This document shows positions 1 through 12,472 of a DNA stretch of 64,000 nt, piece by piece. The position numbers and the translations under genes were made by a program. The notes beneath the pieces were generated by a model that was given only the letters and a program-made list of their open reading frames with translations, was not told the DNA's origin and searched no databases. This DNA comes from Amoebidium appalachense (lineage: Eukaryota; Protista; Ichthyosporea): assembly GCA_963693365.1 (NCBI GenBank), contig CAVNZM010000005.1, positions 8,722,334-8,786,333 of the forward strand, in the 5' to 3' direction. The stretch's first letter is position 1, and each line of letters starts with the position of its first letter.

Positions 1-354
1 ATGATTATAATAGGATCATCTCAATTCGGTCGAAATGTATTGCCAATGTATCCGTCACAATATCAAGACTATTATGCACCTATTATCAATAGCCTAAAAG
101 CAACCGAAAATATGGGGCGTGTATTTTATTGCCAATATATTGGTAAAATATTGGGGATGAAAGATCAGGTCACTTTACCTATGTAGTTGCAATATTGTGA
201 ATGTATTGCCAACACATGTTCAACAAACATGTTCGGAGTGTAGTCCTTGTATGCGCAGTACATTGCTAATACCGTGGTATTAGGGTGGACATATACTGAC
301 ATTATGTAGATCATATCATGGCATATCACATCCATATTATGATATATATTTATA

Positions 355-1035
355 TACCGTCATCTTCCGAGTCTTCAGAGGCAACCGTCGTTGTGTGCTT
401 CTTCCGTTTTGGTTTTCTTCCCCGGCTTGCACCTTCAAGTCTTCTCCAATTGTCTTCTCGAGTGGGGAAACTTGACTGTGACTCCACGGCACCTGCTCCT
501 ACATGTGTGAGAGTCTTAACATCAACGTCACATCAACAAACTTCACGAGAACCCAACTTCCAACCCTTGAGTGGGGATGTCATCTTCACTTGATTCTCAG
601 CAAGACTTAGAAGTTGAGTTTTGTATTTGTTTATTAGTTGTTGTAGTTTGTTTCCTTTTCCTTTCTCCATTTCTTTCTTTCCTTTCTGTTTCCGTGTACA
701 CGACATCTTAGATCTGTGTACGTATCGACATACTTAGCTCGCGCACACACACGTATTGTCGTTTGTGTCAAAATCTATATATGTCATCCAATCATATTTC
801 GTTTGTATTTTCCCAAATATAGTAACTTACATTCCTTTCTCATTCCTTTCGAACGACGTAGCATTGTGCTATGTTCTCCAACTATTAGGAATAATTATAT
901 TTAGACGTGTTATGATAAGAACATGTATAAATGTATGTTATGAATTAATAGTTACATAAGTGGTTTCATTTTGTTAAATGTTTCCGTGCTTTTATTAGAA
1001 GTTTCTTTCATTAGAGGATTGAGTTTTATATTCTA
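355..1035 (+). mobile_element. Truncated copy of the copia 3' region (3' UTR, PPT, partial LTR from 578)
   Basis: Near-identical to ~17157-17830. Contains PPT gagtgggga then tgtcatcttcac at 578; similarity stops at ~1035. Confidence 0.9.
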
Positions 1036-1322
1036 TGTGCCGGCGCTGGCGCCGGAGGCGGCGTCATCAGTGCAGATCGATCGCGCCTATTGGTTGAAGC
1101 TGTTAGTCGCACATTCCATTTCACGTTCCATTTATACGATAGAATACGGTGATACCAGGCTCTGCCAGATGTGTTCGATTTGGGCTTCGTCTCACCAGCC
1201 ACATTTCAGATTTTGTCGTTCCGCATCGCAAAAAGCCATATCACTTCATATTTGAACTTTTCAAAATCACCTGGGTAGGCATATGAATAACCCCCACTCT
1301 CCTCCTCCCCCCCCCCCCCCCC

Positions 1323-1359
<37 letters not shown>

Positions 1360-1499
1360 TTGCCCCCCCCTCTCGCTGAGGCTCAGGCTCGCTCTCTTCC
1401 CTCAGAAGTTTTGTCGAGGGTGTGCATGGTTGTGGGTGGAATGGTGAGTGTGTGCTAATGAGTGTATGTGTGTGCGCGCGTCACGCATGTTGTTGTTGC

Positions 1500-1530
<31 letters not shown>

Positions 1531-1550
1531 GGGGGGGGGGGGGGGGGCAC

Positions 1551-2191
1551 CTTCACATGTCCGTAATCCTCTTCATTCCACACAAATATTGCCTCGCTGA
1601 GTGCGCGTGCGTACTCAGCCCTGCGGGGGTGTGACTTGTATGTGCCGTCCGCCGTGTTTGCAATGGAGTGGAAGGCGTCATTCAGCACAGTCTGCCACAC
1701 CACCTCCCCAGGTGGTGCCTGGCCCAACATGCCCTCTCTGGGAGCTGCCTCGGGTCCCCCTGGGGCTGCCTCAAGGCCCCCCGGGGCTGCCTGGGGGTCC
1801 TGGGGGGGTGCCTGTGGGCCGGCAAGGGGTTGCTGCTGCTCGGCAGGGGGAGGACTGGCAGGGGGAGGGGCTGGGTCAGGGACCACCGGCACCTCGGCAC
1901 CTGGGTCCGGTGGGGGCTGAATGGGCCGTAGCCGCTGCAGGTGCACCATCAGCTCAAAGGGCGGCGGGCCCAGCTCGCCCAGGGTCTTGCCCTTGTCGGG
2001 GCCAAAGGGCACCTGCATGGCCGGCGACAGCACCTGATCCACCCGCACCACTGCATGCTTCTTGCCCACCTTCATGCCCCCCCAGCGCTCCGGCTGCACA
2101 GCCAGCACCACCCCGGTGGCTGCTCCAGCATGTGGGCCCCGCCTGGGCACAATCTCAACCCCTTCACCGAGCGCCTTTGCATGAAGCCGCG
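1551..2191 (-). pseudogene. Exon of a Zisupton/KDZ-like (DUF6729-associated) transposase
   Basis: cag|...|gt-bounded open exon ending VLNDAFHSIA...KSHPRRAEYARALSEAIFVWNEED, which resembles the D-x-F-H...H...F/Y...L-x-D/E-A-I-F...D block I recall from fungal Zisupton-like transposases. No other exons found. Confidence 0.55.
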
Positions 2192-2527
2192 CTGCATGTC
2201 ATAGAGGGAAGCAAAAAACTCAGCCAAAAAGCCACAACACCAACGTTTTTCTCTTCGCTCCACAAATATCAAATGCAAATATCAACTCAGACAAACACGA
2301 AAAGAAGAAGAATTGAGTTGTGAACTAATTAGGGCACCGCTAAGGGCACCAAGCTAATGCACGCGCGCGCGCGAGCCGAAATCTATTTTTATCTTTTCCC
2401 TAATCAGGCGCGGCGGTTACAAAACCGGTCTATAGCAAATAGTGATTGGCTAAACCCAATCCGGTTTGCAATTTTTTGTCCGTTTAAGCCTGTACGCACG
2501 TTGTTTGCTCCATTTCTTTTCCCCCTT

Positions 2528-2630
2528 CCCGCAGGTCCGCAGGTCCGCAAGTCCTTTCCCGCAGGTCGCCTGGTCGCAGGCCCCTTCCCGCAGGTCGCCT
2601 GGTCACAGGTCCCCTCCGCAGGTCGCGCAG
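2528..2630. repeat. Clustered cgcaggtc repeats, possibly transposon subterminal repeats
   Basis: Several copies of (c)cgcaggtc / cgcctggtc in about 100 bp. Confidence 0.6.
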
Positions 2631-3182
2631 CCACCGTGCTGAATGGTTTCGACCATGCTGCATGCTGCAGCATCTTCGCCTAACGGCTGAAAGGCCGTTT
2701 GAAGGTTAGTTTTCTGATGCCTGCTTTTGTGCATATGGCGTTTGTCTGTCTGGTCTGTGTCCGTGCCTGTGATTATATCTGTGTGCGTGTGTGTGTATGT
2801 GTGTGTGTGTGCGTGCGTGTGCGTGTGTTCTGCTGGCTGCAGATGCACGTTGCCTTTTCATGTTCATGAACCAGCGACTGTGGGCACTACTTTTCCTGTT
2901 AGCACTATAGCTATCATCCCCTCCACCAGTCGTTCAAGCTATTTTCTGCTTCTCTAGACTTCATAAGTTTGTGTTTTTGTCTTTCAGCACAACGTACGCG
3001 TGTTTCACATGTTAGCATTTAGTGTTATTCATTCATTCTAACCCCCCCCCCCCCCCCCCCCAAACACACACACACACTCACTCACTCACTTCCCCACCCA
3101 CACATACAAAAAAACACACACACACCAAAAGCCCCTCCCATCCCCCCCCCTCCCCCCTCCCCCCCTTCCAAAAAACTGTCAA

Positions 3183-3633
3183 ATGCCTCCATGCCCACCA
3201 ACACAGATGTTCCAGGTTGCCCCTGTCAATGCCGCCGACCCCGACAAGTTGGCAGACCAGGTTAGGTACCGCAAGAAGACGTGGGAGGGGTGGTTGGTGG
3301 ACGTTCAAGTTGAGTGCAACAACCATCCCTGTGGCCGCATGTACAGCGTCGATCCGGTCACTGAGGGGCAACCCATGGGGCAACCCCGCCCTTCACTGCA
3401 TCATGTGCATGTCCCCCATCAACGGCTCCTACATCAAGTTGAACCGCCTCAGCAGCTTCAAGACACTAAACGTTTGTGCCCATTCCCCCCCCCCCCCCCC
3501 CCCCCCCCCCCACACACACACACCACACCCCAATCAAAGACGAAATCTTCTCATGCTGCTTTTTTTAACATGCTTATTCATGTTTAATGTTGTTGTTCTT
3601 CCTTATTGGTTCATTCTTAATGCACTGTGACCC

Positions 3634-3666
<33 letters not shown>

Positions 3667-5054
3667 ACTCCCACTCCCTCCCTCCCACCTCCCCCTGTTG
3701 TCCCACGTACGAATCACCAACACATAACCACACAAGACATCAAATCCTTATCACTCAGAGAAACGGTACATGCATGGTTATCCAGTATCCATTCAGCTTC
3801 CCACTTCCTCAAGTCATTTCAGATTTTTCATTGTCGAATTCGGTTTTATTTGCTGCTAATGGAGAATACCCCCTTTCCTCATCACCACATACACACATGC
3901 TTACGTGTACGTACACGCAACACACACACCAACACCCACACAGGAGTTTCAAAAGGCGTTGCCCGAGCTCTTCAGCTTCATGCTCCACACATTTGAGTGC
4001 GGACTGCGGGATCCAATGGCCCACAAGTCTGCCACTCAGATTTCGTGGTCAGCTGTGAAGTATGGAGCTGACATGCCTGACTACGAGGGTGGTGCACGGC
4101 CATCAGAGATCAGCAAGGTAAACAACTACCCCCCCCCCCCCCTTGCGTCCTCCCTGAGGATGGGCTCTGCTTATGACGCATACTGTGCACATGGCTGTTG
4201 TTGCGTGCTTGAATGTTTGCCTTTGCATGTGTCCTGCACCATGCTTCTCATCGTGTATGCGTATTTCGTACCGTGTTCTGCATTCAAACCCCCCCCCCCC
4301 CCCATCATTGTGTTTTAGCTCCCGTCCGAAAGACAACGTATGGATATCAAAATGATGATATTGATAAGTCGTATGTATGGGTTACGTATCATCGTAGTGT
4401 TTTAGGATATTTCCTAAGCATGGGCAAGTATCATCCTATCATGTCATCTTTAGGTTTGGTATGGTAACATTGTGATAGCATTTTTCCCAGGTACATACAT
4501 GCTCAGGCTAGCCAGAAAAGTTAAAACCACTCACACAATCTCCTTCTGTCCCAAACCAGTATGCAAAGACCTGGGAAAAGATCTGCAAGGTCCGGGAGAA
4601 GGCAGTCCTCAGCCTGTCAGCTGATGAGCAAGACGAGAAGGGAGACACTGGCATGGCGGCTGACGAGATGGAGAACTCTGGCTCCAAGAAGCGGCCCAAG
4701 TCAGACGACGACTTGTCGGATGCCAGTGCCGGGCGCCCCATGAAGAAGGGTAAAAAGGCCCAGGGCGTGGCGTCTAGCGTGGTGGGTGCTGATGTGCATG
4801 GGTCACCTGTGTCTCGTGATAGAGCGGGTGGTTCTGATGAGCAGGAGGGTGTTGCGCAAGCGGGGGGGGATGACAAGTATTGGGAGGAGTTGGCCAAGAT
4901 TAGGGGAGGTAAAGAGGTGGTGGATGGCGATGTTAGTAGTGGCGGGGGGAAACGTGCGAGGGATTCCGAAGTGAGTGATGAGAGTGGGGATGAGAAGGGT
5001 GGTGGGGTTAAAAAGCAGAAAGGCGATGTGGGTGGGAGGGTTGAGGATGATTAG
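3183..5054 (+). pseudogene. Decayed multi-exon gene (Cys-containing N-terminal exon, acidic/Lys-rich last exon), probably transposon-derived
   Basis: Coding-like blocks ~3209-3470 (ECNNHPCGRMYS, frameshifted), ~3944-4117 and ~4491-5054, separated by poly-C introns; contains a stop and a frameshift. Confidence 0.4.
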
Positions 5055-5904
5055 AATGAGGAGGAATAGGGAAAGACCCCCCCCCCCTGTTGTTTTGTAC
5101 GGGTCTAAGGGAGCAGAGTGCACAGAGGTGTCATGTAAAAACACGACTAACACATTAATGAGAGGGCAATCGGAGTTGTTCACGAGACATTGAAAGATTC
5201 AAACAACAACTGATTCTTTATTGTGCTCTCGGTTCCTTTTGTACTTGCGACTTATCACCTTATCACAACTAAAGAGGGAGAACCAATCGGTTCTATCAGA
5301 AGATAGAAAAACACATTCCGACAGAGCATACGCATTCCAACTTCCGATTAAACTAAAGTTTAGAAACTCTTACTTAAATAAATTAAGTAATTATTCATCT
5401 AGTCACTATTAACTCACATATATATTTATGTTCGTCTCTATAAAGAAACCTATTTAAATACATATATTTCCTAATAGTCGACACTCTCAAAGTGAAGACA
5501 CTTTGCAATAAACCGAATTCCATATATATCTATTGTCCAATCACAACACACATATATTAACGGACAGGAATGCACAACACAATCTACAGATGTACTCGCT
5601 CGCGACTATTGGCGAGCCATCCTTTTGAGAACAAAACTAAGCCATTTTGAAATAAAGGAAAGACAACGAGTGAGGCTAGCCAATCACGCTACCTCTCAGA
5701 TAAACAGAGGAGAGCAAACAGAAATAAAATACAATAAGTTCTTATCAGGCAAGAGAGCCAGGTGTGCACAGATCTACAGACTCTCGGATATCTGTGCCCA
5801 CAGAAACAAGGGAGAGAGAGATAGGGGGGGGGGGGGGGGGGGGAGAGAGAGAGAGAGAGAGGGAGAGAGAGAGAGGGGGAGAGAGAGAGGGGGGGAGAGA
5901 GAGA

Positions 5905-5935
<31 letters not shown>

Positions 5936-7469
5936 CACAAAGAAGGAAAGCAGACACGAATACAAACAAGCTAGGACACATACATACTTCAAGGCTCTTG
6001 CTGTCATACATGGTGACGTATTCCAACACCCCCCCCCCCCCCCCCCCCCCGGAGGAAAAAAAAAAAAAGAATTAATACTTAGTTTATGTCTCTTTTGGTG
6101 TAGTCCCGGCCTCTGCAGGGGGGAGATAGGGAGATAGGGGGGAGATGTAGACTTCGTATTTTATTTGTGTAATGATGTTTGTTTTGTTTTGTTTGTTTGT
6201 TTGTTGGTTTGTTTAGTTTGTTCGGTGAAAGCTGGACTCCTGTGGAGTCTAACAGAGTGAAATGGTCTCTACTCCTGTGGAGTGAGACTTAAAAAAATTT
6301 TAACATGAACAACTTGTGCGGTCTCTGCTCCAGTGGAGCGAGACATAAAGGAACAACAGTCTTAATGGTCACGGTATCTCGTGTACAAATTGTGAAAAAG
6401 TTAGAAAGGTAAGAAGGAAGGGGGGGGGTGTTGGAGTGCAGACTTACGCTCACTCCACAATATGTGTATGTTAGCTTTACAATTGGTTCCGTGTACACAG
6501 ACACACGCTGACACTCGATCACCACATGCACATCTGCATAGTTGAGGAATGTTGCCAATTGTGTTTTGACTGCAAACGATTGGTTCACTGGTCCCAGAGA
6601 TCTCTAAATGAAAGTAACCAATCCGATTAGCGCCTGGCATCCGGATTACATTCCAGACTGCTGCCCCACGGGTATAAAACCCACGTCTCTGCCAGGTGCA
6701 GACATGGAGTTCAGTCATGGAGTTCAGTCATGGAGTTAACACACTGAAAGCAGTAAAAAAACGGGTCAGCGCCCAAGCGCGCCACGACGACCCTAGTCAC
6801 AGCGGACTCTACTTCCAACAGGGGGGGGGGGGGGGGGGGGGGGGGCACAACGGTGGTGGTTACTTTTCGTATTATGATATTACGACAGCTCGTAATCGTA
6901 TATTACGATATTCCGTAATATTGTATTTAGTTAGTCATGGTATACTCGTAAGTTAAACATATTCTTTGGCTATGCATAGGATATCTTATGGATGGGCAAA
7001 GAGCTGTCGTGATGATGTATACACGACATGCTATGTATATACATACGTGTGGTGTACGGGCTCTTATGGAAATGTCTACGACGGTATTATGGGGGTCGTA
7101 ATGGACCCCAAGACCAGCCATATGTATATCATATGTATATGGTTGGTAATTCGTAAAATACATCGATGTATATCATATGTCATGGGTTACGATGGTATTA
7201 AGCCGCTCCTAAACATATACTTAAGATATCCAACGGGATGGGTTTGGATACTCGGATGGTGAAGATTACGATGGGTTTCCGCTGCGCGTAATGGCATACA
7301 TAGTATATCCATTGGGTAGGTTTCTGACTTTGAAATGGGGGGGTTTGTGTCCGTATTATGGCGGTATTCAGACCCCTCGTAACGCTCTCGTATGTATGTT
7401 CTATGTATAGTCGTATGTATATACATAGGTTATACATTGTATATCCATATGGATATACATAGGTTATAC

Positions 7470-7798
7470 ATTGGATATACATAGAATATCCTATGTATAG
7501 TGCAATGTATATACATTGGATATCCTATGTATAGTGCAATGTATATACATTGGATATCCTATGTATAGTGCAATGTATATACATCGGATATACATAGGAT
7601 ATACATATGACATACGCTTTACGACATCCATAAACCCTATGGATGTCGTAAAGAGGGTTTATGTATGTCGTAAAGCGTATATCCAATGTATATACATAAG
7701 ACGCTCCGTTAACCCCCGGCCCATGGAACTCTTTACACTATCGTAAAGAGGTCGTGCAACCACTCCATATGAACTCGCGGTGTGCTTTACGATGGGTG
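7470..7798. repeat. 34-bp tandem repeat followed by nested palindromes
   Basis: atatcctatgtatagtgcaatgtatatacattgg x~3; hairpin ctttacgacatccata/tatggatgtcgtaaag at 7617-7653; inverted pair cactatcgtaaag (7736) / ctttacgatgggtg (to 7798). Confidence 0.75.
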
Positions 7799-8813
7799 AC
7801 AGGTTTACGCCATCGGAGATGGCATTACGAGGGGTATACGATCCCCGGTGGAGATTGCTGATGAACTTCCTTTCCTTTGTCATAAGTCCACTCCTGTTGT
7901 TCTCGAAGTTCATATCGTTTGTCAGTTATATACAAGACGTGGTGTGTTTTTTTTGACACCCTTTTTTAATCACTCTACTTCTGCGTTCAACTCGAACCGT
8001 GCTACCTTCTATGTTTTTTAATTAAAAATGGCGGCGAAACATTCTGGACGTGTGCACTCCTTGCCACAACAGGCAGGTTAGTTTTACCCCCCCCCACCCC
8101 CCCCACCCCCCCCGGCCCCCTGAGGCTCCCGCCCCTACTCTGAAGTCCGCAGCCTCCTTCCCTCCCTCTTCGCCTCTCCACCCTCTTCCTGCCCTCGCGC
8201 TGTACTGGCACGCCTGCAAGGCCAGTGTTTGATCTTCGTTTAGGACTGCTGTTCATCTTTTCTCTTCATTGATTCCTTTCCTTTTTTTTTTCAACACATG
8301 GCTTTCATTCTTGCATCGGGAAGGAGTCTTTTTATGGTGTTTGTGTTTGTGTATGCATGTATTCGAGCCCATACAGGTATTTTCAGGCCAGTGAGTTTTG
8401 CACTTTGGACATGCCTCTCCTTTGCATGCATTCATGGCTTTATAATGAAACGATAATAATGTGTACCCAAGCCTTGCCTAAACATTCATGCACGTCTTAA
8501 TACCATACGTTATCCATAGAAATACATGCTAATTTTTTCTTACTTTACTACACACACTATCACTCATACGTACACACACACACACACACACACACCAAAA
8601 ACACGCCACTCTACACCTGTGTGCACCGTGCCTGTGTCAGGGGGTGGCTGTGATGCTTTAAAGTTGAAGGGCAGCTTGGTAGCCGGGCGGTAGAGAATGG
8701 TGTGTGCCCGTGTTGTGTGTGTTGTGTTAGTAGGGGATGGGAGGGAAAGGGACGGACGGGAAGAGGTGGGGAGGGGGGGGGGGGAAGGGGAGGGGGGTGG
8801 TACTGGTGTAAGT

Positions 8814-8863
<50 letters not shown>

Positions 8864-9032
8864 CGCTTAAAGGTTAGGTTTGCTTCGTTATTGTGGCATA
8901 TATGTGTTTGCAGTATCTTTTTGTGTGTGTTTGTTTATTTTTGTAGAAGAAGATGTATGTGTTTGTCCGTACACGTATGCACATGTTTGTCGACGTTCAT
9001 ATGACACACAGTCACATGTAAACACGCGCACA

Positions 9033-9156
<124 letters not shown>

Positions 9157-9434
9157 CCATCCATCCATCCGTTGTGCCCCCTTCTGCATGTTTCCTACAT
9201 CCCCTTCTCGATCCAGGCCCCTTCTTTTTCTAACCTTTTCCTCCTTCTCTTCCTGCTTAACATGTTGCTTCCCTTTCTTCTTCTCTTATTCTTGCCCTTT
9301 CACCTTCTCCCCCCCCCCCCCCCCCCCCCCCCCCGGTTCCCGACCAGATAAAACAACCCCCCCCCCCCCCCCCACACACACACCCACACACATAGTACAC
9401 ATACACATACACATACACACACTCTATCTCCCTT

Positions 9435-9546
<112 letters not shown>

Positions 9547-9599
9547 TTCTCTCTTTCTCTCCCTCTCTCTCTCCTCTCTCTTCTCCTTTCTCGTCTCGA

Positions 9600-9645
<46 letters not shown>

Positions 9646-9687
9646 ACCTCTCTCTGTCTCTCTCCCTCGCTTCTCCCCCTCTCGCTC

Positions 9688-9740
<53 letters not shown>

Positions 9741-10835
9741 ACCCCCCCCAACTCTAAATCACATACACACACATACACGTAAGCTCAAACTGTGTTGTTC
9801 CCGTGCAAGTACATAGAATATTGTGTTAGTGATAGTGTCATGTGCTGAGCTGATTCGTATTAGTTTGCTTCTATATTTCGTGTTTTGGTGAGTGAAATTC
9901 GGGGGTTTTCTTGCATAGTGATGCCGGGGTCTAAGTGGGGTATGAGGAGATTAATCAGTGGTATGGGGAGAACCTGATGCAGCGGCGGCTGATTGTTTGG
10001 TGCGCGCGTGCATGCCCCATGCCTCTGCGTACTCTGCATGTTATATGTTGTATTGCTTCTTGCTGTGTGCTTGGCGAGACCCATGTTGCCTGCTCGCGTG
10101 TGTGTATGCTTATATGTATTGTGAGTAAAGGTGTGTACGTGTTGTAGTGCTGTAGGGGTGTCTCAGGTGGCGGTAGCCAATGGTGTGGAGTGCGTGTAGT
10201 CTGTGGGGGAGGGAGTGTTGTGATTGGCTGAATGTCACTGTGGTATTTGTCTGGCCAGTGGGCCGCGTGTCTGTGAAGTGTCTCGCGGGGTCGCGGGCTT
10301 TTCGAAGTTCTTCTAAGAACTCGTTTTTCTCGCTTCCCAACCCAACTCAAAGAAAAGTTTATACGTATACACGGTTTCGAGCCCCTTTAAGCGTGCAGAT
10401 AGTTAGAGTAGTTCGTATACACTCTGTTTGTAGCTACGACAGATAGCTGTTTATTAACGTGTATACATTAAGCTGTGTTGTCTCGTGCAAGACTCAAGGT
10501 GACAACATATTATCATTTTCTTAGAAGTACCTCCAAAGAATCCGGATAGTGCAAAGTAGGTGCTCTGCTGTGTTAACATATTAGTATTCTCCATCTCATA
10601 GTTCATCGTTGTAACATTTAGATGCCATATCATAGTACTTCGTTGTAACGTTAACATTTAGATGTTTATGCTCCTCTTGTGTTCATGTGCCTGGGCTACG
10701 TGAAAAGTGGCACGCATGAGCTGCGTCGGTGGCATTGAACTGAATAAATACTGTCGTAACAATAAACGGTTTGGAGGCCTATACGAGGATCCTGGTGCAC
10801 GTGCACGTCTGGGGGTGGGTGGGTGGGTGGGGGGA

Positions 10836-10872
<37 letters not shown>

Positions 10873-11038
10873 GGGGGGGGGGGGGGGGAGAGGTCGGTGC
10901 CTATTTTTATCGGTTCAGAGTCGGGGGGCGACGGGTAAGGTCGGTGCCTGTTTTGATCGGTGCAGAGTCTGTGGTCGCGTGCGCGCGTGTGTGCGCACGT
11001 TCGATCGAGGAATGCATTCCTGTGCGCCGTGATGATGC

Positions 11039-11648
11039 TGTAAACATCTGTACACGCCGTACATGTTTACTATTACGAATATACTGTACATATCATAGTG
11101 ATCACGTAGATATTGTGTACATATGATCAGATCAATATCACACGCGACAGCCGCGGGCTGCGGCTCACGACTGAGCCGCGGCGCCGGCAATATGCAGTGG
11201 CCGTGCAGTCAGTATGAACCAATAGAATTCGAGAACCGCTAGGATAGGAATGCAAGTCTCATCCACTACGGAGGCGACATCTATAGCTAAACGAACGGAA
11301 CCAATAAGGAAATCAGACCCAGTTGCATAAACCTAAACGGGCTTAAGTATTGACCAATCATTTGCCACAAAGTTATCCTTTTAGTTAGCTTCATGTTATT
11401 GGTGCACTGTGTGCACATAAAGACGACCGCACTCTTCTGACTGGTCAGAAGTCACGAAGGCATCAATGCCACCCATCCAGATGATCCGGAACCTGGGGGC
11501 TATATAAACAAGCCGTCCCAGTACGGGGGATCACTCTGAACAAGCACATTAAATAGTAACCTGGCCGCGTGTGCCTTACTACCCGTTCTCTGTCTTTATT
11601 CTGATTCAGTTGTTCTCTGCCTTATCCCAACTAGTTCAACTGTTTACA
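11039..11648 (+). mobile_element. Orphan 5' LTR (610 bp) of a second LTR retrotransposon, probably gypsy-like
   Basis: Ends TGTAAACA...TGTTTACA (perfect 8-bp inverted repeat), tatataaa at 11501, followed after 1 nt by PBS-like TGGCGACCGC (11650-11659). Confidence 0.75.
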
Positions 11649-11659
11649 TTGGCGACCGC

Positions 11660-12367
11660 TGTCATCTTCACTTAATTCTCAGCAAGACTTAGAAGTTGAG
11701 TTTGATATTTATTTATTAGTTGTTGTAGTTTGTTTCCTTTTCCTTTCTTCATTTCTTTCTTTCTTTTCCGTTTCCGTGTACACGACATCTTAGATCTGTG
11801 TACGTATCGACATACTTAGCTCGCGCACACGTATTGTCGTTTGCGTCAAAATCTATATATGTCATCCAATCATATCTCGTTTGTATTTTCCCAAATATAG
11901 TAACTTACATTCCTTTCTCATTCCTTTCCCACGACGTAGCATTGTGCTATGTTCTTCAACTATTAGGAATAATTATATTTAGACGTGTTATGATAAGAAC
12001 ATGTATAAATATATGTTATGAATTAATAGTTACATAAGTGGTTTCATCTTATTAAATGTTTCCGTGCTTTTATTAGAAGTTTCTTTCATTAGAGGATTGA
12101 GTTTTATATTCTAAATGTCGACAGACATTTTATTCGATATATTTTACACTCATAGTTTTCATTCTTTTGATTGGTTTATCGTTTCACATTCCCAAGTATA
12201 AAAGGGACCTCATCTTGAAATAAATCATAAGCAGTCGTATTCACTTCCTATGGTTCCAGAAATCGTTCCTCCTCTCCGGTTGTGTTTTTCCCGTGTGTCT
12301 TTGTGTTGTGTTTTACATAACACCCATCTGTGCTCTCTGCTTCTCCGTTTACCCACACAAGATAAAA
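11660..12367 (+). repeat. copia 5' LTR
   Basis: Starts tgtcatc, ends gataaaa (imperfect inverse) directly before the PBS; repeated at 17380. Confidence 0.85.
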
Positions 12368-12393
12368 GGTTTGGGCCCAGCACGCTTCCACTG
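12368..12393 (+). promoter_or_regulatory. Primer-binding site complementary to the 5' half of initiator tRNA-Met
   Basis: GGTT-TGGGCCCAGCACGCTTCCACTG versus the reverse complement of tRNA-iMet D/anticodon arms, GGTTATGGGCCCAGCACGCTTCC(G/A)CTG. Confidence 0.85.
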
Positions 12394-12472
12394 ACAGGTT
12401 TACGGCCCCTTTGCACGCTAACACACAATCTCGCTACAACCGCGAAAATCTCTCAGTCTTACTGCTTCAATC

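Noticed and set aside
1-240. Right end of a CACT-type (CMC) transposon ending in ggagtg
   Set aside because: Only one putative end is visible and there is no partner TIR or TSD in the window.
12251-12265. TGGTTCCAGA as the copia PBS
   Set aside because: A near-identical sequence recurs in the 3' LTR copy, so it lies inside the LTR; a much better tRNA match is at 12368.
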